Assembly (NCBI GenBank): GCA_040954595.2
Contig: CM082584.2
Coordinates: 4,282,110 to 4,346,109, forward strand
Length of the DNA: 64,000 bases
Direction: 5' to 3'
Source: Balanoglossus misakiensis
Taxonomy: Eukaryota > Animalia > Hemichordata
The notes under the pieces are model-generated. The model was not told where the DNA came from, did not search any database, and worked only from the letters and a program-made list of their open reading frames with translations. Positions 1 to 11,410 of this stretch are shown here, piece after piece; the stretch's first letter is position 1, and each line of letters opens with the position of its first letter. The position numbers and the translations under genes were made by a program.

Positions 1-1
1 T

Positions 2-1714
2 GTGAATGATTATGCCACCGACCAACACTTTCAGTATCAGTCCCTTGACGATGCAATTAAGCTGATTTCTCCTGGGAGTTACCTGGCTAAAGTTGACCTG
101 AAGTCAGCTTATCGTTCGGTCAAGATTCACCCTTCTAACTTTCCTGCTACAGGCCTTGAGTGGACGTTTCAAGGTCAAACTCACCCTACTTATCTTTATG
201 ACACCCGCTTGCCCTTTGGTGCAAAACTCTCTCCTAGCATTTTTCATAGGCTAACCCAGAGTGTCAGGCGGATGATGGCACGCCGGGGCATTGATGCTAT
301 GGTTGTGTACCTTGACGATTTCCTTATTGTTGCTCCCGATTATAGCCGAAATTATGAAAGGTCGCCGATTCAATATGTGATCTAGACGTCCTGTGTGCAC
401 TGAACACACGATGTGTTTATCTAACACAAACAACAGAACCTCTCATAAAAGAGATGCGGTATCATTAGACTAATTACAGATGGTAGTCTGGAAACACGCT
501 CCCCCTCAGAGAGAGTTGTTTACTTGGGTACGATGTCAAAGTTTAATCTCAAAGTGTATACGCTTTATGTTGAGAGTGTACCCAAGTAAACAACTCTCTC
601 TGAGGGGGAGCGTGTTTCCAGACTACCATCTGTAATTAGTCTAATGATACCGCATCTCTTTTATGAGAGGTTCTGTTGTTTGTGTTAGATAAACACATCG
701 TGTGTTCAGTGCACACAGGACGTCTAGATCACATATTGAATCGGCGACCTTTCATAATTTCGGCTGTACAATTCCTGCTTAGAGGCCCTTAATACTCTCC
801 TCCGCTTACTTAGACAACTAGGTTTTCGCATTGCTTGGAAAAAAGTAGATGGCCCCATGCAACGGTTAGTTTTCCTTGGTGTGGAAATTGATACTTTGCA
901 GCTTACTTTAAGTTTACCGCCGCAGAAGCTTACAGATTTATACAATCTGCTCCTGACGTTTTCCATGAGAAAACGAGCTAGCCGCCGCCAACTTGAAACC
1001 CTTACTGGCAAATTAGCTTGGGCATGCCGAGTGATCAAAGGAGGTAGAACTTTCCTCCGGCGAATCGTCTCCCAGCTAAACAAACTACGCTGTTCTTCGC
1101 ATAAAATGCTTCTTTCTAAGGATTTCCACCTTGATATTAAATGGTGGTTACAATGCCTGCCTTTGTTCAATGGTGCTACTAAATTTATTGACCCTCGTCC
1201 TATTACAGATGTTCACATGGATGCATCTAATTTAGCCTCTGGTATTTTCTATAAAGGAGACTGGCAGTACACCCGGTGGTCTTGCGACTGGCCTGAGGTC
1301 GCATCCCTGCATATCAATCATAAGGAGGTTCTGTCCATCATTTTAGCTGCCAGACGTTGGGCAAAACATTGGACAAATTCTACTGTCCATATCTTCACTG
1401 ATAGTACTGTTGCCATGGCCTGTATCAATCATGGTACTTCTCGCAATCCTGCGGTTATGGCCGCCCTTCGTGATTTATTTTGGCTTTCTGTGCGTTACAA
1501 TTTCAACATGAGAGCAATACATGTCCCAGGTAAAGATAATGACATCCCTGATGCTATCTCACGGCTACATCAAGCAGGGCAAGCCTGGCGTCTTTATTCT
1601 CTTCTTTGCTCTCATTACAGCCATTCTATCCCCTTTTCAGATTTTATTGCTACTTTTTATAACCATATGTCTCCTACTACTGCTCTGTTTCTTTGCCCTC
1701 AGATTCCCAACTGA
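2..1714 (+). pseudogene. Reverse transcriptase-RNase H of the Ngaro element, interrupted by a MITE
   Basis: Joining 2-342 to 769-1714 restores one frame (...YLDDFLIVAPDY|NSCLEALNTLLRLLRQLGF...FLG...DAS...HINHKE...TDS...HVPGKDNDIPDAISR). Confidence 0.9.
343..766. mobile_element. 424 bp palindromic MITE, TA target duplication (Tc1/mariner-like)
   Basis: Near-perfect 189 bp inverted arms (343-531 / 578-766), 46 bp spacer, TA at 341-342 and 767-768; removal restores the RT frame. Confidence 0.92.
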
Positions 1715-2688
1715 AGCAGCTAGAAAATGAGCTGGATTTAGAAATTGCTTTCTACAGAGGCCACACTTTTGCCCAGTCCACTAAAGCTTCTTATGCGGTT
1801 CACCGCAAGGCCTATCTGGATTTTTGTCTGTCTTTTGGTTACTGTCCTGTACCGGTGGACCCTCTTGTCCTGTGTAGGTATGTAGTTTATCTCGCTAGAC
1901 GCCTGAAGGTCTCTTCTATCCGCCAGTATCTTAACATTGTCCGTCTCCTTCACTCTGAATGTGGGTTTCCCAACCCCCTTGACAGCACAAGCAGTTTTAC
2001 CCTCTCAACTATCCTTAAAGGTGTGGCCCGTGTGAAGGGTACTTCTGTTTGCCGTAAACTTCCTGTCACCCCTCACATTTTGTTGGGTATTCGGTCTCAG
2101 TTAGACTTCTCCCTCACTGTCGATTTAGTCTTCTGGGCTATTTGTCTTGTTCTGTTTTTCGGGTTGTTTCGAAAATCAAATGTTCTCCCACCTTCTCTGA
2201 AGTCGTTTGACTCTTCCAAGCATCTTACTCGCGGCGACTTCTTGGTTTTTTCCTGGGGTCTTGGTGTGGTTGTTAGGTGGTCAAAAACCATTCAGACCAA
2301 GGATCGTGAACTCACTGTACCTCTCCCCATCCTCCCAGGACATCCCCTTTGCCCGGTTTCGGCTGTCCTTTCGGCGTTTCTTGCTACCCCTGCCCCTCTG
2401 GATGGCCCAGCTTTTGTCATCCCTCCCGCCCGTCCCTTTCTCCCACCCGCCTTCTCCAAGCGTTTGCTCAGTCTGTTGACCCCTATTGTCCACAATGTTG
2501 ACCAGTACTCCACTCATAGTTTCCGACGGGGTGGTGCATCTTGGGCCTTGCAGTGTGGTATTCCCCCTGAACTTATTAAGTTGTTGGGTGACTGGAAAAG
2601 TGACTCCTTTAGAAAGTATCTTCACCCATCTCTCCCACTTCGCATTCTGAGTATCAACCAGTTCGCCTCCCAGCTCCCTAGCTCTTAA
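1693..2688 (+). CDS. Tyrosine recombinase of the Ngaro/DIRS element
   Basis: 331 aa ORF with FFGLFRKSN (R), WSKT (K), HSFRRGGA (HxxR), LGDWKSDSFRKYL (W..Y) catalytic motifs. Confidence 0.93.
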   Translation: MPSDSQLKQLENELDLEIAFYRGHTFAQSTKASYAVHRKAYLDFCLSFGYCPVPVDPLVLCRYVVYLARRLKVSSIRQYLNIVRLLHSECGFPNPLDSTSSFTLSTILKGVARVKGTSVCRKLPVTPHILLGIRSQLDFSLTVDLVFWAICLVLFFGLFRKSNVLPPSLKSFDSSKHLTRGDFLVFSWGLGVVVRWSKTIQTKDRELTVPLPILPGHPLCPVSAVLSAFLATPAPLDGPAFVIPPARPFLPPAFSKRLLSLLTPIVHNVDQYSTHSFRRGGASWALQCGIPPELIKLLGDWKSDSFRKYLHPSLPLRILSINQFASQLPSS

Positions 2689-2725
2689 ATTTACACCCTA
2701 CATCCACAGGTATCTTGGGTCTTGG

Positions 2726-2992
2726 GGACTTTAGTCCATAGTTTAGTAGTGTAATAGTTAGGTTAGCAGTGTTGGGCCCCTATGCCAGCAGACCTCATTT
2801 GCATTTGCATTTGCATTACAATGGGGCCCAACACGTGACTTGTAGTTTATCAATGTCTAGTAGTTTTGGTCCTAATAAATACCCCTACTGATCCAAGATA
2901 CCTGTTCCTGTGTGTGTGTTTGTTTGCTATCCAACCAGTGATCCCCCTCCGCCATTCTCCACTCAGCCATTGCAAGTGGAACTGGAATTTGA
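2726..2992 (+). repeat. Split direct repeat B1 of the Ngaro element
   Basis: Near-identical to 3539-3809; contains the hairpin GTGTTGGGCCCC...GGGGCCCAACAC and AATAAA. Confidence 0.85.
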
Positions 2993-3538
2993 GGCCTAGT
3001 TAAAGTATTAACTTGGTTCAAATTCAGTGTAACCAGCTAGGGGGATCACTGTGTTTATTAGCGTTTATTTGCAAGCGTTCTGGAAGGTTGATCTTAGGGA
3101 GCTTTACTATAAGGTCATATCTACATAGAAAAGGGCACATTTGCATCCTCTACCTTTATAAGCGGGTCGCTAGACCCATGCAGTCAGTATGCCAAGGCAA
3201 ATGCCAAGCCGTCCTGCTGCCTGCCGCTAGCCTTTCCCTCCCTCCCACCCCTTTTCCTGCCTTCGGCCAGTGACTCTCATTGTAATTGAATTTTATAGTT
3301 ATAAGTGGTATAAGTTTTCGTTTTGTAATTCATTCTTAGCTGATGCACATTCAAGTTATGTACTTTAATTTTATGCCATCTTGTTTGTTATGTATTTTAA
3401 CTACTTGCAAGTTTTTGTTTTCTTTTTAGTCGAAACATTGTCTCACTGCGATAGAGAATGTATACAACGCTTGTCAATGATTTATTTATTTTTGAACCTT
3501 TACCTTTGTACTTATTTGATTTACTGTAGGGGAGTTTA

Positions 3539-3809
3539 GGACTTTAGTCCATAGTTTAGTAGTGTAATAGTTAGGTTAGCAGTGTTGGGCCCCTATGCCA
3601 GCAGACCTCATTTGCATTTGCATTTGCATTACAATGGGGCCCAACACGTGACTTGTAGTTTATCAATGTCTAGTAGTTTTGGTCCTAATAAATACCCCTA
3701 CTGATCCAAGATACCTGTTCCTGTGTGTGTGTTTGTTTGCTATCCAACCAGTGATCCCCCTCCGCCATTCTCCACTCAGCCAAGCCTTTCAAGTGGAACT
3801 GGAATTTGA
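3539..3809 (+). repeat. Split direct repeat B2 (3' terminus) of the Ngaro element
   Basis: Direct copy of 2726-2992. Confidence 0.85.
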
Positions 3810-4022
3810 TTTATGCTAATGAGGCCGCGCACACAGTAGTGAGTGTGAGGGTCAAAGTCCGCTGCCGGAGTTGTGGCGCAAATCGCGTAAATTGAACTTC
3901 TGGGAGGCAATCATTTGATCGTTTCTGTTGACATATAATATTATTACTCTTTCATTATCAAAACACAACCATATTTTACGACCCGCAATCGGCGACCCGC
4001 AACCCGCAATTTAACGCTTCCC

Positions 4023-5061
4023 CCGTCTGTCGAACCATCAGAAATCGTTTGTCCGACCAAAACGTGGACTTGGAAAAAAATAGCGTGTTGCAAACGACGA
4101 GAGTTGTTTGGCGAGTCGAATGCTGCTCTACGAAGCTCGTTGTTACCTTCTGACCGGGACATTTACGCTTGAACGGACTGCGTTCCTTCCGATGGGTTCT
4201 TGCCGATTGCCGCACGCCGGCGGGTATGAAAAGTGTAGGCGAAGACGTCGATCCGACAGCACCGCTCCCAACATGACCAGCTCCACGCCACTTTGCGCTG
4301 CACCGCGGTCGGATATCCCACCCCGGCTGCCGGACAGCATATGAAGGTGTCTGAGGCATTTTCTAGTCAAAGTGTACACGTCTAAAACTTTGGGGTTTTC
4401 GGAATGGAAATAGCGGAACAAGAACATGGATTTATACTAATCATGAATGCCAAACAAACGTTGAAAAAGCCAGATCTGAAAAAAATCCGCTGGGCGCGAT
4501 GACGCGCCGACGTTATTTTTCAAACAATGTAGCCTGTCACGCTGAGTTCATATATTTTGCTGCCACAAACAACAAGTTCATGCGTAGGTCGATAAAGTTC
4601 TCAAGCGGCCGGGTGATCGCTGCAAAGTTAGCGGCGGCCTCGCACGCCCGAATTTGCCACAAAACTATCAGTCCATACAGCGATGCGGTTCAAACTCTTC
4701 CGTTGTATTTCATTTCAACAACACAAATTCAGAATACAACACAGCAGTTTGGTACGTTGTCTCTATATCCTACACCGCTAATTCTCATCTCAATCGTCTC
4801 TCTTCGCAATACGTCGATTCTCTAAAAATGTTCGACAGACGGGATACACTGCAACCCGCGGAACAAGCAATTCACGTCTCTGCTTCAAAGGAATATACCG
4901 ACCTGAAGTGGGGGAACGCAGTCCGTCCAAGCGTAAATGTCCCGGTCAGAAGGTAACTACGAGCTTCGTAGAGCAGCATTCGACACGCTAAACAACTCTC
5001 GTCGTTTTTTTCCAAGTCCACGTTTTGTCGGACAAACGATTTCTGACGGTTCGACAGACGG
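4023..5061. repeat. ~150 bp imperfect inverted repeats around a CpG-rich ~730 bp core (probable non-autonomous DNA transposon)
   Basis: 4023-4186 is the approximate reverse complement of 4913-5061; no clear TSD. Confidence 0.65.
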
Positions 5062-5654
5062 TGGGTATAGACACGTCTGCTTGCGAAAATTCCGCCAATT
5101 TTTGTTGAATTTCTTCGTATGAAATCGAAGGAGTTTGTCGTTTTAAATACTCGATATAGTGCTCTTCATAATTAGGAAGTTTCCTTGGTTGTCAGTGCAA
5201 AACATCCTCATACAAGGTTCAGAGTAGACTACAGACAATCTCACAGTGGGATTACGCACGTTTGAAACGGTAACTTTGTTGCAAAATAAACAAAGTGCGG
5301 TATTCAGTTTCATGAACTTAGACGATTTTTCTTATCGTGGGAGAGGTTTATTGTAACACTCCAACACAAAGAATTTCCAAGGTATTTTGAAATGGGTAGT
5401 AAATTGTAACACGAACAGTGGCTATATATCTAGGTAAAACATATACAAATCAAAAAAATATTTTGTGGAGTCCATATTGAGTTCTTATTTGTTGAAAGTT
5501 ATTTTCTTCTCTTGGGTGAGAGTCAATGGTTTCTCTTCAGGTAATTTGAGTTCAGTTGCTCGGTGCTTGTTGATGTGAGTTCCAAGAGTTGGGACATGTA
5601 GAATTTCTTTCTCAGTGATTCTAATTTAGCGATTTCGTTCCTCACCGCATAACG

Positions 5655-6425
5655 TCATTTTTCATCAGACTCTTCTCCTGATGCCCATCCAATGCATTCC
5701 AGACTATCTTCAGACTTCAGGTGTCTGTAGAAGTCATAGTGGCCCAAGTTCTTTGGCCCTTTCGTGAGGTAGCTGTAGAGGTTCTTTTCAACCACATACA
5801 ATATCTCATCTTCTGCCACGTAGACTGTTCCGGAGTCATCTACCATTACATAGCGATCCGATCCACATCTTTCTAAATAGCCAATCATGAAGAGTTCATC
5901 GTTGACGTAGTCAGTTGCGTATTGCAACTCAATATCCTCAATGGTTTGGGCATGTCCCCGATGTAAAATGAACAGAACAGAACTATTATCCTCTACTGGA
6001 ATGGACAAACACTTGCCTTCATGCTTCTCTAATATCAACGATATTTCTTGTTTAATCTGTTCATCTTCGGTCCGTTTGCATGCGTCAGATATTGCGCTGC
6101 AAATTTTTCCCAACAATGGTTTTTTAATGACCTCTAACTGTGGGATTTCAACTTGATTCTTATCTGACCTTTTTGTGCGTTCATCTGACACCATGGTAGC
6201 CTTCTTAGGCAAAACTCTTGAAATGTCTGATTTGCTATGTAAACGCTTCCGACCATACTTGCTCTGGTCTGTGGCTGGTGAAAATTCTCCAATTTTGACA
6301 GAAAATGTGCGCTCACATGGTTGTACAAACCGACTGTTCCTGCGTGTCCTTGTTGAAACAGCTTTGTCATCCGAAAAACTGTATTGTCGAGTTGTTTGGG
6401 TAGGTTTACTGTCAAAACAAGCCAT
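5655..6425 (-). CDS. US22-like (SUKH superfamily) protein, 256 aa
   Basis: C-terminal half follows the US22 pattern: ILEKHEGKCLSIP ... LFMIGYL ... YVMVDDSGTVYVAEDEILYVVEKNLYSYLTKG; low-complexity basic N-terminus; intact ORF. Confidence 0.72.
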   Translation of the reverse strand: MACFDSKPTQTTRQYSFSDDKAVSTRTRRNSRFVQPCERTFSVKIGEFSPATDQSKYGRKRLHSKSDISRVLPKKATMVSDERTKRSDKNQVEIPQLEVIKKPLLGKICSAISDACKRTEDEQIKQEISLILEKHEGKCLSIPVEDNSSVLFILHRGHAQTIEDIELQYATDYVNDELFMIGYLERCGSDRYVMVDDSGTVYVAEDEILYVVEKNLYSYLTKGPKNLGHYDFYRHLKSEDSLECIGWASGEESDEK

Positions 6426-7799
6426 TGCTACAGATCACGAAACTCTCTACTGATGCGTAACAGATAGTTCAGGAGCTTTACATACTATATCACACACAAT
6501 AGCCAAGTTTGCTTACTGCAGAAAAAAACCCCTGTTATTTATACTCTGGTCATTTAATGTCATCAAATGAGTTGTCAAGGAAGGACTGTCGTCTCATTGG
6601 CCGAAAAAAACTTGTCAGTATTGATTAGTTGTGTGTAGTAATTTGACCGGACACGTCTTGACCCCCCGTCCCCGATGGTACCATTATTTTTTGGGAGGGT
6701 CGAGTGGGTATATGTCTCCACACAACTTGCCTCGTACACTGATGCCAGTACTATTTTTGGCAGGTGCATACTCCTGTGATTGGTTACTACTGTGGATTAA
6801 CATATACAGGCAAACATCATATGACCTACACATTTTACAGCACATGCACCTGTGATTGGTTACAACACAGGCACAAATACAAAAGTACGACTTAAAGCAT
6901 GGGTTCCTCCCTTTATTCGGGAAAAGAGTGAGACTTGGCAAGTGCGCCAAGCCAGTCACTGGCCGAATAAAGCCAAAAGCAAGAAGTCCAAAACCAAGCA
7001 TAAAAGGAGTTCATGAGCAATGCATATTTAGACTCTGTACAAACGCTTATAAGGATTTCATAAAAGCACTTCTATATCTTGACAGTCGGTCAACACAAGT
7101 GGTTGACTAATTACACCCACGAAGTCAGACAGGGATTCCACTAATCATATCTAATATTACCCAACACAAAGTTGTGTGATACAAACATATCACAATCATG
7201 GGTGTCTCTCTGCAGCAGTAGAAATTATTTCATTGTTTTTTACACATTACTCAACTTATTATACCGTTTGTTTTATTTTGTTCAACATTTACCAAAACAT
7301 TCCGTAGATACATTCGACATTATGGCTTTATACACATTTATATCTTGTCGATAAACTTCCATACATTCTTCTATTTTTGGAAAAGAAAGTTACCAGTTAA
7401 ATATGATACCTCTTATGATCTGTTCATCCCTAAACTATTCAACTTGGACAATGGCTGCTATGATGCCATCATAAGTCCCTTCACCCCCACAAACAATTTT
7501 TGAAACATTTCAATCAAACCGCACTAAAATAACAGCCACTGCTACCAAAACAACCCCGCATCTAACACCACCACCAATGAACATGTATTTCGTCTGTGAT
7601 GACAAAACATAGACATCAAGACAATGAGTGATAACATGTTCCTCCCATACTTCACATGACCACCAAAACTTCCCCCCCCCCCCCCAGCCTATTTCACTGG
7701 CACTAATTCCCCACTGAAAAAAAATTGCACATTTATTACAAAACTGCATTTGCTACATCCAAAAACAAAGCAACACAGCAAAATCAGCGTGAATTACCG

Positions 7800-8194
7800 T
7801 ACGTCATCGACGATGACTTGTTAATTTGTAATTAAACTTACTCCCGAAAATCCGACATGACGGATTTCGAGGCGACGTCACCTGACCCGTTCCAGCGACA
7901 CGACCACATCCTACAGACGAGGCAACTCACCGAGTAACTCGGGTTGCGCGCGCGTCGAGTTGCCTGCCGAGTCGCCCGTATCACTAGGCCTTTATCACCA
8001 GGGCGTCTTTATTGTCCGCACATAGTTATAGTGCTTACAGAAATTTCGAGAATCGAAACAGCGCTTCAATAGTCAATCATTTATTTTGAACAAATATACA
8101 CCCAGACTATTCTTGGAAACGTTTTTAACAACCCAAGTGATCTATCAGTCAATTCAAAAGTTCTTAGGCGTTGGACTAGTCAACACTGATTTAC
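7800..8194. promoter_or_regulatory. Putative bidirectional promoter / 5' UTR region between the US22-like and deaminase-like genes
   Basis: Local CpG-rich patch between divergent genes; minus-strand donor CG|GTGAGT at 7931/7930 and acceptor TTTTTTTTCTGCAG at 6516 suggest a non-coding first exon for the US22 gene. Confidence 0.4.
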
Positions 8195-10977
8195 ATGATG
8201 CCAAAAACAAGACGGGATCGAGGAGATGTAAGGCGTCAGCGAAAAGAGAAAGCAAAAAAAGCCAGGAGATCAAAAAATTGTCGTGGATGTGATAAGTTGA
8301 TTGACACATTTGTGAAACATATAGCTCCACTATTTGACGGCAAAAACTTGACAAAAGACAAGCGTGATCAGATGTTTCAATATGTTCTAGAGGTAAGGAG
8401 ATACGCAGATGTGTAAATAGTTAATTGGTAAAAGTATCGCTTTAATGCACCTTAACCGACCTATAGGAATACTAGTTCTCTGTATAGAATGTCTGATAAA
8501 CCCTTCAACCTACGTGACAATATAGCTATACCGTCTCCACTTAATCATAAAGGGTGGTTATGTCGATGCTCTGATTGCGGATGGTAGCACTCACTTACAA
8601 ATAACCACCTAAATATAACTGGATGTGACAATGACGATAAAACATTATACTTTGCAACTACAATATATATAAAAAGTACCTTCCGTAATGATATCCATGC
8701 GTCTGATTTAGCTCGAGAAGACTCTGGGAGAGGTTCTACGACTAAGTGGTGCAAAGGACGAAGAAACTAAATTAAACACACTTTCAGAATGGCGAGAAAA
8801 GTTCATGGGCTGCAGTAAGGAAGATATGGACGTGAAGAAAAGCGAAATTGTTCCAAGACCACCGTTTACTGTTATCTTAGAAATGGTAAGTTGCCTAATG
8901 TTTCTTGAGAGAATAACATCGCTGCTGTGTGTGGATACAAATCATATATTGTGTCAGCATATATTGTGTTTCTTTCATTTTATTTTCATGAGAGTGAATA
9001 ATGTGATTAGGATTTCCTGCACAGCCTGACGAAGAAAATAAAAAGAATGTCGTCAAGCAAATGTGCAATGAGATTTTTATTCAAAGGAATAAATTTTGAC
9101 GGGACAATACTGGTGGTACAAGACTTTGAAGACTTTGTAAAAAAAAAAATCATAAGGAAATGGTCAGTCCTAATGCCATGAATGGAAGCAATCAATAAGA
9201 AGTGCAACATGGGAAACGCAAAGCGACGCCCTCATAGGTCAGGCGTTAATGACAGTTTTGTTTATCTGTACAGATGTCGTGTTCGGTAACTTGCCATGCG
9301 GTATGGGCCTGTTTCGTGGACTGTCTGTCTGTCTGTCTGTCTGTCTCTCCGCGTTTATGCATGTGACTGTGACTTACTTTTGATAACGAAACAAGCAGTT
9401 AGTGATTCATGGGTTGTGGACGGCATAATAATAGCGTAAAATAATTATAAAACATACTATACATGGACCTATTGTCATTAGATGGTAGGTTGTACTGGAA
9501 TGAAGTTTGGGACATTTTGCAGTAATGCAATTGCGAAAACCTAAAGAAAACAGTACATTTAGACTTGTTTTGCAAATTTTGTCAGTATTTTTGTAAATGT
9601 GTACGTAGGTTTATCAACTACGTGAACAGAATATTGTTAATATATCAGTGGCATCAGGTGAAGCTTACACGCGTACAAAAATCAAGACAAAATTGAACTA
9701 CTTTTGTTTATCGTCACCTGTTAGCACAAAATTACAAAAATAATTTTGATAACGGGGAAGCAATCCTACCTATTTATAATAGAACAACTGGTAATTGCAA
9801 CATTACAGTTACAAAACAATATGAACAGACTGCAAATTTGCATAATTCATCATAGGGAACTTTTAAATCAATGCTCTGTTACCTGTTACTGCAACCAAGT
9901 TTTTGAATTATGGTACATGCATGTTTATTGAACTGACTGTACTACAAGACATAAAAGAGTTGTGTATTTCTTAATGACTAATTTGCGCTTTAAATAAATT
10001 TGTATACAATTAACCATATGCCTCCTGAGTACCGAACGTGATGAAGCCTTTCACCGTTATTGTTCGTAACATGCAGTGATCAATTGTGTACTTTCTGACA
10101 TGTTAACTGCAACTCTCACTGTAAAATGAGGCATTTAGCATCTTCTGTCAATGGATAATTTGCATATAAAAATATTTGCAAAAAAGGCCGAGTAACCCAG
10201 AGTGCCTACACAGCAATGAAGAAAAGTTAGAGAAAAAATGTTGACTTTTACAGTAATTACAATATCTCCTATCTATTTTGTGTTCCAAACCTAAACCACA
10301 GTAGGGACAGTAGAAAAAGTATATGTTAACTTTCAAAAGACAACAAAAAGAAATCATCATCATCATCATCATCATGCCTGTATATAAATGACGTTTTTTT
10401 TTATATATTTCCTGTCTTTTTCATTCAGGGTATATTAATGCATCCACTGGACCACAAGAGTATGGAAGAGTGGTTGAAAATGATGTATTGCGAAGCAAGA
10501 CTTACGAAAGAAGTAGAACAAGGCGAAGAAAACGGTTCTGTAGAAAATCCACTATCGGCTCGAGTATTCTGCAAAGTGACTGGGACCGGAGGACGTACAT
10601 ACTGGGGGGCTAACGTCGGGGCGTTCAAATTTCAAAATAAGAATATTGTTGATTACTACATTGAAAATTTGAAACAAAATTATTTTCATAAAGAAGTAAA
10701 CAATGCCTTAACCTCTCTAACTGTCGAGAATGGATGTGTTAATGTGACTAAACCAGTCAATTCACATGACACCGTACAATCTTCGGCTCTTAAATTTGGC
10801 GAGACACTCAACATCTTCGATAACCCCAAAATAATTCCGCCATGTCAGGGATGTAAGAAACTTTTTCCGAAAGTAACATTCGAACCTGATCGTGATCCAA
10901 CGAAAACGGGTGATGTTTTTCCTCCGGGAAGATGTGCAGAATGCTATGCTATTAGTAAGCACTTAAATGATCAATGA
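8195..10977 (+). CDS. Three-exon gene for a ~306 aa circularly permuted Zn-dependent deaminase-like protein (exons 8195-8392, 8712-8885, 10429-10977)
   Basis: Phase-0 GT-AG introns (GAG|gtaagg, gatttag|CTC, ATG|gtaagt, ttcattcag|GGT) give one open frame; motifs PRPPFTVILEM, RTYWGAN, IPPCQGC, FPPGRCAECYAISK. Confidence 0.68.
10429..10977 (+). CDS. Catalytic last exon (copy 1) of the permuted deaminase-like gene
   Basis: Strong polypyrimidine acceptor; 182 codons plus stop; carries PPCxxC and GxCAE. Confidence 0.75.
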   Translation, partial: GILMHPLDHKSMEEWLKMMYCEARLTKEVEQGEENGSVENPLSARVFCKVTGTGGRTYWGANVGAFKFQNKNIVDYYIENLKQNYFHKEVNNALTSLTVENGCVNVTKPVNSHDTVQSSALKFGETLNIFDNPKIIPPCQGCKKLFPKVTFEPDRDPTKTGDVFPPGRCAECYAISKHLNDQ

Positions 10978-11049
10978 GCCGCTAACTTTTGTAGTCCAAG
11001 TATTTGTTTTCGAATGTAATTTAACATACATTTATATTTAATTTTTTGA

Positions 11050-11410
11050 TGATTATGCATTCGATATATCAGGGTAGGCATGAGACGGTTTCGAAAGTAC
11101 TGAAATATTCATTAATATGTAATCATTTCATGAATATGTATTTGATATATCAGGGTAGGCATGAGACGGTTTCGAAAGTACTGAAATATTCATTAATATT
11201 CATTAATATTTAATCATTTCATGAATATGTATTTGATATATCAGGGTAGGCATGAGACGGTTTCGAAAGTACTGAAATATTCATTAATATTCATTAATAT
11301 TTAATCATTTCATGAATATGTATTTGATATATCAGGAAAGCCAGGAGACGGTTTCGAAAGTACTGAAATATAAATATTTAAACATTTGCCAATTATGTAT
11401 TTGACATATC
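11050..11410. repeat. ~69 bp minisatellite downstream of deaminase exon copy 1
   Basis: Repeated GATATATCAGG..GGCATGAGACGGTTTCGAAAGTACTGAAATATTCATTAATA unit. Confidence 0.9.

Larger units (their letters stand above)
1..3809 (+). mobile_element. Ngaro/DIRS-group tyrosine-recombinase retrotransposon, 3' part (5' end upstream of window)
   Basis: RT (DLKSAY, LPFG, YLDD) + RNase H ORF overlapping a tyrosine recombinase ORF, followed by two copies of a ~270 bp direct repeat (2726-2992, 3539-3809) separated by a unique segment, matching the B1-A2-B2 split-repeat end of Ngaro elements. Confidence 0.9.

Noticed and set aside
2700-2910. Possible ribozyme in the Ngaro B repeat (nested hairpins)
   Set aside because: Stems are present but I could not identify a hammerhead or HDV catalytic core
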